The notes under the pieces were generated by a model, which saw only the letters and a program-made list of their open reading frames with translations, made no database searches and had not been told where the DNA came from. A stretch of 63,245 nucleotides of DNA from Candidatus Gastranaerophilales bacterium (lineage in GTDB: Bacteria; Cyanobacteriota; Vampirovibrionia; Gastranaerophilales; Gastranaerophilaceae): positions 1 to 63,245 of the forward strand of contig CAJOOM010000175.1 in NCBI GenBank assembly GCA_905236775.1. The letters are read 5' to 3'. Each line of letters begins with the position of its first letter. Position 1 is the first letter of the stretch. The position numbers were made by a program, and so were the translations under genes. Below, in pieces: positions 20,699-29,920 of the stretch.

Positions 20699-21363
20699 TA
20701 CACTAATCCTTCTTTCATCGCCATTACAGTGGCTTGAGTTCTTGATGATGCGCAAAGTTTTTGTAATATGCTATGAACGTGTGCTTTTGCTGTAGCTCTT
20801 GTGATAATAAGTTTGTCTGCTATTTGAGGATTTGTAAGTCCTTCTACCATCAGTTCCAATACATCAAGCTCTCGTTCCGTAAGTCCATATACGTTGTTAC
20901 CGGATTTTTTTACTTGTTCCGGCTCAGAAATAACTTGAGTTGATGGTTTTTGAATATTTGAAAATACCATTTTGGCAATGCTCGGATCAATCCATCCGAT
21001 TCCTTGATAAACAGATTTTATAGCCGAAATTGTTTGTTCCGGAGTTGCTCCTTTCATTATATATCCGTCTGCTCCGGCTTTAAATGACTCAAATACATCA
21101 TTTTCACTATCTCTGGACGTAAATATAAGAATCTTAACATCAGGATTAAAATCCTTTATTCTTTGTGTTGCTTCTATTCCATCAATATTAGGAAGCCCAA
21201 TGTCCATAAGTATTACATCAGGAGAAAGTTCTCTTGCTTTTTTTATACCCTCAATTCCGTCACCTGCTTCTGATAGTAATTCTATACCGTCAGCTTTACC
21301 TAATAACATTGAAAGTCCCATCCTCGTGAGTACATGATCCTCTACTAAAAGCACTTTTATCAT
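20698..21363 (-). CDS. NarL/LuxR-family response regulator
   Basis: VEDH, LMDIGLP, LTERELDVL HTH. Confidence 0.95.
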   Translation of the reverse strand: MIKVLLVEDHVLTRMGLSMLLGKADGIELLSEAGDGIEGIKKARELSPDVILMDIGLPNIDGIEATQRIKDFNPDVKILIFTSRDSENDVFESFKAGADGYIMKGATPEQTISAIKSVYQGIGWIDPSIAKMVFSNIQKPSTQVISEPEQVKKSGNNVYGLTERELDVLELMVEGLTNPQIADKLIITRATAKAHVHSILQKLCASSRTQATVMAMKEGLV

Positions 21364-22916
21364 AATAAACTTTCCTCTTTTTGTTTTACAACATCAGTCA
21401 ATAAAAATGAAAATTCACTTCCTTTGTTCAAAACACTTTCAAGCCAAATTTTTCCGCCGTGTGATTCTATAATTTGCCTTGATAGATATAAACCAAGACC
21501 GGTACCGGTAGAACGTTTTTTGCTCGTTCCTTGCGAAAATCTCTGGAACATATTCGGAATATCTTCCTGAGGAATACCCGAACCGTTATCTGATACGGAA
21601 AATATCAGGTCATTACCTTCAATTTTTAGCATAATAACGACTTTCCCATTTTCTTGAGTATAACTTATTGCATTTCCGCATAAATTGCAGATAACACGTC
21701 TTAATTCACTTCTGTCTGCACAAATATCTATATCTTTAACGTCTGTATCAATTATAAAATCTATATTTTTAGCTTTGGAAAGAGGTAAAAGTTCATCATA
21801 TACTTGTTTTACAAGGTCATAAATATTGAAATTTGTTTTTGTTAATTCAAGTTTGTCTGCATCATATTTATAAACTTCTAAAAGGGCATTAACTAAACCT
21901 AACAAATCTTCGTTACTTTTATACAGTGTAGAAATCAATAACTTTTGCTGCTCAGTAATTTCACCTAAAGTTCCGTCCAAGAAAAACTTAAGCGTTTGAA
22001 TCGCAGCAAGAAGCGGAGTTCTTAAATCGTGAGTAAGTGTTGCAATAAAATCATCTCGTAATTTATCAGATTTTTTTTGCTCGGTAACATCCCTTATAAC
22101 CCCTACAAATCTTTTATATTTGTCATCCGGATTTATTCTGGCAAAACTTATTTCTACAGGAGTTTCAGAGTTTGTAAAAGGATTCTTTACCCAAAAATCT
22201 CTCAATAAAAGTTCGCTTTCATCAAGCTTGTGCAATTCTTTTGAAATAAAGGTTTTTTTGCAAAACAAAAAATTATCAATAGATAAATTTATAAGTTTAG
22301 AACTAATGTGACCAATTAGAGTTTCGCAAGCCGGATTGACCTGCTCAATTATGCCATCTTCGTTAAGAATTACGATTCCGTCTGCACAATAACTTACAAT
22401 CCCCTCAAGCTTAGCATTTGATTGTTTTAAATCAGCAGTTCTTTCTTCTACAAGTTCTTCCAAATTGTGCGAGTATTTTTCAAGAGTTTTTTTTGCGGAT
22501 TCTAATTCCGCTATCTTTTTTCTCAATTCTGATAATAAATAGCTTCTTTCTATGCCATTCTTGATGTTTAATATCAAATCATCGTTATCCCAAGGTTTTT
22601 CTATATAACGATAAAGACCGACTTCATTTATTGCTTTAATCGCATTCTCTTTATCCGCATATCCTGTTAAGAGAATTTTACTTACTTCAGGATAAATTTT
22701 TTTTACTTCGTTTAAGAACTCTAAACCGTTCATCTCCGGCATCAGAAAATCAGAAATGACTAAATCTGGCTGGTTGTCTTTTAAAAAATCCAAAGCTTCT
22801 TTTGGGGAATTAAAAAAATGCGCATCATCAAATCCTTCTACTTTTAAAAGAGTTTTAAAAGCAGAAGTAACCATCTTTTCATCATCGACGACAACAATTT
22901 TCCCCTTAGTCTTCAT
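21360..22916 (-). CDS. Hybrid REC-PAS histidine kinase
   Basis: VDDE/SDFLMPEM REC, PAS, THDLRTPL, DNGSGI, GTGLGL. Confidence 0.95.
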   Translation of the reverse strand: MKTKGKIVVVDDEKMVTSAFKTLLKVEGFDDAHFFNSPKEALDFLKDNQPDLVISDFLMPEMNGLEFLNEVKKIYPEVSKILLTGYADKENAIKAINEVGLYRYIEKPWDNDDLILNIKNGIERSYLLSELRKKIAELESAKKTLEKYSHNLEELVEERTADLKQSNAKLEGIVSYCADGIVILNEDGIIEQVNPACETLIGHISSKLINLSIDNFLFCKKTFISKELHKLDESELLLRDFWVKNPFTNSETPVEISFARINPDDKYKRFVGVIRDVTEQKKSDKLRDDFIATLTHDLRTPLLAAIQTLKFFLDGTLGEITEQQKLLISTLYKSNEDLLGLVNALLEVYKYDADKLELTKTNFNIYDLVKQVYDELLPLSKAKNIDFIIDTDVKDIDICADRSELRRVICNLCGNAISYTQENGKVVIMLKIEGNDLIFSVSDNGSGIPQEDIPNMFQRFSQGTSKKRSTGTGLGLYLSRQIIESHGGKIWLESVLNKGSEFSFLLTDVVKQKEESLL

Positions 22917-23409
22917 ATTCTTATATTACCCTAAACACTTAAAACAGGCAAATTCAGAAAAATAAAATGGTTTTAATATTAAGAAAAATAAAAAAATCTT
23001 GCAATCTTCATCGAATGTATTTAGTTTAGTTTTCCTTATTCTCCTTATACTACTTGAGTTTTACAAACTTCATGCAGAATTTAAAAAAAATAAAAATTTA
23101 TCATTTTTTGTTATTTTCTGCGCACTTTTTAATTAACATTTTTTAATATTTGAGATAAGAGATTCTGTTAAAAAGTCAAGAGGAAATAAATATAAAACAA
23201 TTTTTAACAAAACATTCAACATGACTTGAAAAAAATAAAAAAAATTATATAATAGATAATAGAGTGTTATATATACAATTATATAGTTAGTATATGTAAC
23301 TGCATTCCTATTTATATTTTTTGGTCTCATATTTGAAATAGATAAGATAAACACTTTTTGAAAAAGATATACAAATATAGTTATAGAACTTAGAAAGGAG
23401 AAACTAACT

Positions 23410-25248
23410 ATGGTAGATGTTGGTAAAATCGTTAAATTTGTTGAAGAAAAGCTTGGAACAAAAAGTAATCAAGACGGCAAAATTCAAAGGAGTAATGCTG
23501 CTGAATATAGTTTGTTCATGGCAGAAATGGGCAGACAAGTTAGAGAAGAAGGGCTTGAAAAAACCGACTTTAACAACATGTTAAATGAAGCATTTGGTTT
23601 AGAGCTTTCAGATAAACCTGCGGCTGCGAGAAGTGGCGGACTTGGTAACGAGCCAACTGATACCAATATTAATATAACAATCAATATTGACATTGACATA
23701 GTAATAAAAGCATGTGGCGGATGTGATGAAGACAAAGAGGCTGCTCTGCAACAATTAGTGGATATGCTTATTGCTGAGATGACACGTGAGGGTGGCAAAG
23801 TTGAAAACTTTATTGTTGGCTTAATTAATGCATTCAGCAAAACCGCAGACGTTGATTTTAGCAGTTTGGAAACATTACTAAATCAAATTATGCAAAAATT
23901 AGATGAACAAGGACAAAAGATTGACGGTTTACAACAATCTGTTGATGAATTAAGCGGATATTTGAAAGGACAATTAGAAACCTTATTTAAGACATTAGAC
24001 AGATATGCTCAACGATATAATATTGATATTACTGACATAAAACAAATGCTTAAAGATTGTGATGCGAATGACAAAGAAATATTGCAGAAAATTGGTGACG
24101 TCTATAGTGCAATTATGAATTTAACCGGCATGTTCCAAGAGTTTACTAAAGTTGAGCAAACAAGATTCAATGAAGCTATGACTGCAATCAGCAATATCAA
24201 AGTAGATGGCGGTGATACATCCGGAATTATGCGTAAACTTGAATATATGGAATCATTGTTACTTGCTATTCAAAATGATACTTCTGAAACCAAAGAAAAC
24301 AGTGCTACATTAATAGAGCTTGTAAGACAAGGTAAAGAAGAAGTGTTAAATGCTATTTACAATATTAACGTAACAGGAACAGCTTATGATGATACTCAAT
24401 TAAGAAATATGTTAAACAGTATATTAACAAATATGGTAACAAAGGGCGATTTAGATGCTCAACTCGCTCAATTTAACCAATTGCTGGCTAACTTACAAAG
24501 CACAATAGAATACAAGATGAATGCTTCTGAAGAAAACATTATAAACCATATGAATAATGTTGAAAAAAATATTAAACTTGCTATTGCAAATATTACTGTT
24601 GAACCGGGAAATCCTGATAACAGCGCACTTATTTCATTGTTGAACGATCTTATGGCTAAACTTAATGAAATGGATGCAAAAAATGCTCAAAACTTCTCAA
24701 ATGTATTCCAAGCAATTGCCAATATTAAACCTGGTGAAGTTGATTTATCACAAGTATTAGCATTGTTAAATGAAATAAGAGGTCTTGCAGAAGCAAACGG
24801 TGGTAAGCTAAACAATGTATTAAACAACCAAGAAGCAATTAAATTAACATTAACCGGTATTCTTGAAGGCTTAAGCCGTTTAGAGGGCAAAGTTGACGGT
24901 GTTCGAACCGTTGTTGATGATATCAAAGACATCGTTTCAAAACTTCATAACTGTGATTGCAAATGTATTGACGAAGACAGATTGCGCGAAATCTTATGTG
25001 AGTTTGTAGATAAAGTTAATACTAAAGTCAATGAGGGTGTAAACAACGACTTATCAGATTTACTTGGTGCAAGACGTGATTTACGCAGTGTACTTGGTTT
25101 AGAAGATGTTGAGGGAGTAGAATCTCCGACAATTGAAAACAAAAACTCTCAAGTTTATGATTTGAGCGGTCGTCCGGTTAATGGACCTCTTCAAGACGGC
25201 ACGGTATATATTAGAGACGGTAAAAAGTTTATCCATAGAGCGCAATAG
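23410..25248 (+). CDS. Coiled-coil orphan with T9SS-CTD-like C-terminus
   Basis: 612 aa; SD AAAGGAG; heptad-rich; C-terminal VYDLSGRPV...GTVYIRDGKKFI. Confidence 0.8.
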   Translation: MVDVGKIVKFVEEKLGTKSNQDGKIQRSNAAEYSLFMAEMGRQVREEGLEKTDFNNMLNEAFGLELSDKPAAARSGGLGNEPTDTNINITINIDIDIVIKACGGCDEDKEAALQQLVDMLIAEMTREGGKVENFIVGLINAFSKTADVDFSSLETLLNQIMQKLDEQGQKIDGLQQSVDELSGYLKGQLETLFKTLDRYAQRYNIDITDIKQMLKDCDANDKEILQKIGDVYSAIMNLTGMFQEFTKVEQTRFNEAMTAISNIKVDGGDTSGIMRKLEYMESLLLAIQNDTSETKENSATLIELVRQGKEEVLNAIYNINVTGTAYDDTQLRNMLNSILTNMVTKGDLDAQLAQFNQLLANLQSTIEYKMNASEENIINHMNNVEKNIKLAIANITVEPGNPDNSALISLLNDLMAKLNEMDAKNAQNFSNVFQAIANIKPGEVDLSQVLALLNEIRGLAEANGGKLNNVLNNQEAIKLTLTGILEGLSRLEGKVDGVRTVVDDIKDIVSKLHNCDCKCIDEDRLREILCEFVDKVNTKVNEGVNNDLSDLLGARRDLRSVLGLEDVEGVESPTIENKNSQVYDLSGRPVNGPLQDGTVYIRDGKKFIHRAQ

Positions 25249-25279
25249 CTTTAGGATAAAGTGAAAATAAAAGAGTAAT

Positions 25280-25300
25280 GGTGCGCCAAAATGGCGCACC
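25280..25300. other. GC-rich intergenic hairpin without U-tract
   Basis: GGTGCGCCA-AAA-TGGCGCACC between the two large orphans. Confidence 0.6.
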
Positions 25301-25337
25301 GGATACCCTTTGATTATAAATAAACAAGGAGCAATAT

Positions 25338-28300
25338 ATGAGCGGTATAGATATAAATTCTATGGATGATAATTGGAAAAAGTATGCGAAAGGAGCTGAT
25401 GAAGCTGATCGTGAAAGCGACGCAGAAAAAACAAAAGGCGACGGCATATTAAATTTAGGTTCTGTTTTTGAAAAGCAGGCATTTATAAGACTTGCCAGAG
25501 CAGATCATAAAACTGATGAAGAAATAAAAGCATTCTTTGCTGCTAATGGCGCAGATATGAAAGATATTAATGCTATTTTTCAATTAGAATTATCTAATAC
25601 TAATGCTCAAAAAACTTCTCCGTCTAGAAAGTCCGAAAAAAGAGCTAATAATGCTGCCGAAAAGGAAATTGCCGCAAGTATATTACAAGAGGGTTCAAGA
25701 TTTTATACAAATAATAACGGAACCTTAAAAGATGTTATTGATTGGAATGGCATTGCAGATGCTTTTGTACAATATTATAGCAATGATACAAATATTGTTG
25801 TAAACCAAGAATATTACAAAAAACTTGCTGCAGAAGTTAAAAATGTAGCTAATGCAATGAATAATGTAAAATACAATTCCAGACATCAGGTAGAGGCTAT
25901 TTATGATTACGTTCAAAATAATGTCTTATCAAAAATGCCAAAAGATGAGTTTTCAGAATTCAGAACATCTGTTCTAAAATCATTTGCTCTGCTTGCGGAA
26001 TCTCACCAAAAAGCAAAAGAACAACAAAAAGTAAATTGGGAGTATCAAACCTTAAGGCAACATGGTAAATCAAGAGAAGAAGCTTATAATGCAATTAAAG
26101 CTGATAAAAAATTTCAAGGTTCATACTATTCAACATATAAAAAGCCTGATTATGTTGATAGATTTAACGGAAAAGTTAAAGAATATGACCACAAAGGTAT
26201 AGTTGACAGTTTGGAAGATAATGTAATTTTAGAAGATGCCAGAAAAGAAATCTATGATGCTGTTTGGGCTCAACGCGGAAAAACTCACCTCACAACAAGC
26301 AAACAAATAGAAGATGAAGCGGAAAAATTAATACACCAAGACAAATATACCAACCGAATTATGCACAAGAATTTGCGCGGAGAAATGTCATTTAAGCAAA
26401 GAATTGAAGGTGAAAATTCCAGATACAAAGATTTGAGAAAAGCTGTTGCTGCTTATAACAGAGTAGAAAATAATAAAGTAAAAGCTTACTCAAGAGACGA
26501 TTTTTATAAAGGTGCATTTAAAGGTAAAAATGCTGACTTGAAGTTCAATCAACTTTCAAAAAGCGGATATGTACTGGGACAAGATGGTCAACCTCTAAAA
26601 GATAAAAACGGTAATCCTATATCTTATAATCCTGTAATTACTCAAGCAGTTGATGCTCAGGGAAAACCAATGACGGATAAAAATGGTAATCCGCTTTATA
26701 ATTTATCAAGAGTATCAGACATTATTAAAAGAGCAATAAGCCCCGCTGATATGAAAGCGAATTATGATTCCGATAAAGAAAGTTCATATGCTGAAATCAC
26801 AAATGTTATACGTGACATATACACTGCAACAACAGTATATGACCCTGATGATAACACTAAAATAATACAAGAAGGCATAACTATCTCGTATGAAGATACA
26901 TGCCACTTAATCGATATGTGCGGCTTTGAAAGAGATAAATGGACTGTCGGATATTTTCTCAGAACTGTGGGAAAAGCGGCAATAGATACAGTAAGTGACG
27001 TAGCTTCAACCGCAGCTACTGCTTTAATTGTTGGTGCAGCACAAGGTGACCCTCTAATACATGTAGAACAAGCTATTACTCACGTAACTGACCCTAAAGC
27101 ACATGCTGAAACAAATATAGATAAAATAACAGCCGCTCTCCTTGGTATGTCAAAGAGTCTTGGAACTATTAATCCTAATAACGGTGTTAATTTGTCACTC
27201 AACTGGAGAATTAACGTTAAAGTAAACGGTGAAAAGATTGATGTTGATTCTTCAATCAATGAATATGATATATACTCTCAACTTGACCAACAATTGGCAT
27301 CTCTCAACTTGCCTGATGATGCATACGGTATCCAAAAAGGCAGTGACGGTTTTTGGCACTTATGGTTAAATATTCCGTCTGATGAAGCATATGAAGATAT
27401 TAGAAAAGTTTCAGAAATTTTAGGCGATAATTTTGACCTAAAAACAGATACAGGAATACCATTTGAAGCAAATGCTGTAATCGACGAAAAAGGTCAAATT
27501 GTTACAGATAAACCTGCTGAAGCTGTAGTTGATGATAAAGGTAAAGCATCAACTACTAAAAAACTACAAGCTTTCTTATGGGGTACTGCAATTGGTTTTG
27601 GTTTAAATCTACTTAAGGAATGTTTAAAAGGACTTAAAAATACTGATATCGATTTAACAAATACTATAATAGAAGAGGAAGATTTAGCACATTATGCTGC
27701 AAGACTTTCTAAAGAGAGAATAGCAGCAACTCCCAAATTAAAAGATGCTCTGTTACAAATTGCTAAGTTATTTGAAAAAGAAGACGGAACTTGGGATAGA
27801 GTTGCATATCAAACATTCATAAATGAACTTGCCGGTGGCAGAAGTATGTTAAATGCCAGAGAACTTGAAATTGGTATCATAAAATGGCAAAAAGAACATG
27901 AACCTACACTTGAACCTAAAAAAGTTGAAAAACCGACAGAAACAAAAGTTGAAACACCAAAAACAAAAGTTCAAGACAGACCAATTCCTGAAGATACTTA
28001 CTTTACAGCACAAGAAAGAATTAGCGGCTATACAGGTGAGTACACTAAAGGTGTTCGCTGGGATTCTTTGGCTAAACAGTACGATGATTTGGACAAATAT
28101 GTTAAGAAGTCCGGCGATAGAGTAAGAATGATGAAAGTTATTCAAGGTGTAAATAATAACAATTATACTCTTGAAAATCTGAAAAAATTAACCGAATTGT
28201 CATTCAAAGTAGGCGCAGACCTAGCAAAACTGCGTTCTTCAAATAAATCCGAAAGAGAAGCAGAACTTAAAAGAATTAAAACTGCTTTAAACAGAGTATT

Positions 28301-28661
28301 CAAAGATGTTCAAGGTTTTGACGTTAACGAATACATGAAAGCATTTGTCGGTGATATTATAGGAGACCAAAAAACTCCGGAAATCATAGTTGATAATAAT
28401 ACAAGATTAAAGCGAAATAAAAATATTGCGGATGTTGTTGATAAAAACGGTTCCGGCGGAAATAGTATACGTTCCGGCATGGCAAAGGATAAAAATACAA
28501 AAGAACTTGATGTTACCGTCGATAAAAAAACAAGAACATTTAAAGACGGCGAACAGCAACAAGCTGAACAATATATTCTGGAAACCGACCAAAACGGACC
28601 CCACTATGACTATAGAAACAGTAGAACTGATTTATACTTTAATGGTAAAAAAATAGAATAA
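25338..28661 (+). CDS. Large orphan protein with two internal hydrophobic segments
   Basis: 1107 aa; SD AAGGAG; no signal peptide. Confidence 0.8.
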   Translation: MSGIDINSMDDNWKKYAKGADEADRESDAEKTKGDGILNLGSVFEKQAFIRLARADHKTDEEIKAFFAANGADMKDINAIFQLELSNTNAQKTSPSRKSEKRANNAAEKEIAASILQEGSRFYTNNNGTLKDVIDWNGIADAFVQYYSNDTNIVVNQEYYKKLAAEVKNVANAMNNVKYNSRHQVEAIYDYVQNNVLSKMPKDEFSEFRTSVLKSFALLAESHQKAKEQQKVNWEYQTLRQHGKSREEAYNAIKADKKFQGSYYSTYKKPDYVDRFNGKVKEYDHKGIVDSLEDNVILEDARKEIYDAVWAQRGKTHLTTSKQIEDEAEKLIHQDKYTNRIMHKNLRGEMSFKQRIEGENSRYKDLRKAVAAYNRVENNKVKAYSRDDFYKGAFKGKNADLKFNQLSKSGYVLGQDGQPLKDKNGNPISYNPVITQAVDAQGKPMTDKNGNPLYNLSRVSDIIKRAISPADMKANYDSDKESSYAEITNVIRDIYTATTVYDPDDNTKIIQEGITISYEDTCHLIDMCGFERDKWTVGYFLRTVGKAAIDTVSDVASTAATALIVGAAQGDPLIHVEQAITHVTDPKAHAETNIDKITAALLGMSKSLGTINPNNGVNLSLNWRINVKVNGEKIDVDSSINEYDIYSQLDQQLASLNLPDDAYGIQKGSDGFWHLWLNIPSDEAYEDIRKVSEILGDNFDLKTDTGIPFEANAVIDEKGQIVTDKPAEAVVDDKGKASTTKKLQAFLWGTAIGFGLNLLKECLKGLKNTDIDLTNTIIEEEDLAHYAARLSKERIAATPKLKDALLQIAKLFEKEDGTWDRVAYQTFINELAGGRSMLNARELEIGIIKWQKEHEPTLEPKKVEKPTETKVETPKTKVQDRPIPEDTYFTAQERISGYTGEYTKGVRWDSLAKQYDDLDKYVKKSGDRVRMMKVIQGVNNNNYTLENLKKLTELSFKVGADLAKLRSSNKSEREAELKRIKTALNRVFKDVQGFDVNEYMKAFVGDIIGDQKTPEIIVDNNTRLKRNKNIADVVDKNGSGGNSIRSGMAKDKNTKELDVTVDKKTRTFKDGEQQQAEQYILETDQNGPHYDYRNSRTDLYFNGKKIE

Positions 28662-28696
28662 AAAATCTATGATTCTGTTTGTAGTACAATTAAGAT

Positions 28697-29740
28697 ATGT
28701 TAGTTTCAGAATTTGATTATACTTTGCCGGAAAATTTAATTGCGCAAACTCCAAGTGATAAGCGCGAAAACTCAAAAATGCTTGTGTTAAACAGAGAAAG
28801 TCACACTCTATCTCACAAGCATTTTTATGACATTGTAGACTTGATAGATGATGAACATATCCTAATTTTAAACAATACAAAAGTAATTCCTGCACGTTTG
28901 TACGGTTACAAAGATACAGGTGCAAAAATAGAAGTCTTTTTGCTGAAAGAAAAAGAAAATCACGAGTGGGAAGTTTTAATAAAACCGTCAAAAAGGGTAA
29001 AATCCGGAACAATTGTAAAAATATCGGAAGAACTTTCTGTAGAAATTCTTTACCCTCTTGAAGATGATGGAAAGTGGAGAGTAAAAATGCTTTATCAGGG
29101 CAATATTTTAGATATTCTGCATAAAGTAGGTAATATTCCACTTCCGCCTTATATAGAAAGAAAAATGACAAATGAAGAATTGAAAAAACTTGATTTTGAA
29201 AGGTATCAAACAGTTTACGCAAAAGATGAAGGCTCTGTTGCAGCTCCTACAGCAGGACTTCATTTTACTCAAGATATTTTAAAAAAGCTTGAACAAAAGG
29301 GTGTAAAAATAGGATATGTAACTTTAAACGTAGGAATTGGAACATTTCGTCCTGTAAAATGCGAAAATGTATTAGACCATAAAATGGATTCAGAAAGTTT
29401 TGAAATTTCAAAAGAAACAGCAGAATTAATTAACAATGCAAAAGCTGAAAATAAAAAGCTGATAGCAGTCGGAACGACTACAGTTAGAACTTTAGAAACA
29501 GCATTTAAGCAATTCGGATGCATTAAAGAATGTAAGTCAGCTTCGGAACTCTTTATTTACCCTCCCTATGAATTCCAAGTTGTAGATAAATTGATTACTA
29601 ATTTTCATCTGCCAAAATCTACTCTTTTAATGCTGGTAAGCGCCCTTGCCGGTAAAGATTTTATCTTTGAAGCTTATAAAGAGGCAATAAAAAACAATTA
29701 CCGTTTTTATAGTTATGGTGATTGCATGTTTATAAACTAA
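28697..29740 (+). CDS. queA: SAM:tRNA ribosyltransferase-isomerase
   Basis: PLPPYI, YQTVYA, AAPTAGLHF, TNFHLPKSTL, YRFYSYGD. Confidence 0.98.
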   Translation: MLVSEFDYTLPENLIAQTPSDKRENSKMLVLNRESHTLSHKHFYDIVDLIDDEHILILNNTKVIPARLYGYKDTGAKIEVFLLKEKENHEWEVLIKPSKRVKSGTIVKISEELSVEILYPLEDDGKWRVKMLYQGNILDILHKVGNIPLPPYIERKMTNEELKKLDFERYQTVYAKDEGSVAAPTAGLHFTQDILKKLEQKGVKIGYVTLNVGIGTFRPVKCENVLDHKMDSESFEISKETAELINNAKAENKKLIAVGTTTVRTLETAFKQFGCIKECKSASELFIYPPYEFQVVDKLITNFHLPKSTLLMLVSALAGKDFIFEAYKEAIKNNYRFYSYGDCMFIN

Positions 29741-29920
29741 CTAAATTTATATTAGCTTTAAAATAACTTTTGCATACAATTAATGAATTTTACATAGAAT
29801 TAATTTTTTGGTTATGATACACTGGGAGTAAATAGAGGTTGTAAAAAAAGAAAAGGATAAAATTAAAAAATCTTAATCAACCCTGTAACCAACTAAACAA
29901 AAGAATAAGGAATAGCTATT

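Noticed and set aside
28632-29222. 196-aa minus-strand ORF and the other short shadow ORFs overlapping identified genes
   Set aside because: Antisense or off-frame to well-supported genes such as queA; no motifs or RBS
29779-29806. Pho box upstream of the Na/Pi cotransporter
   Set aside because: The TTAAT/TTACA/TTAAT repeat has 10-bp rather than 11-bp period and is weak in AT-rich DNA
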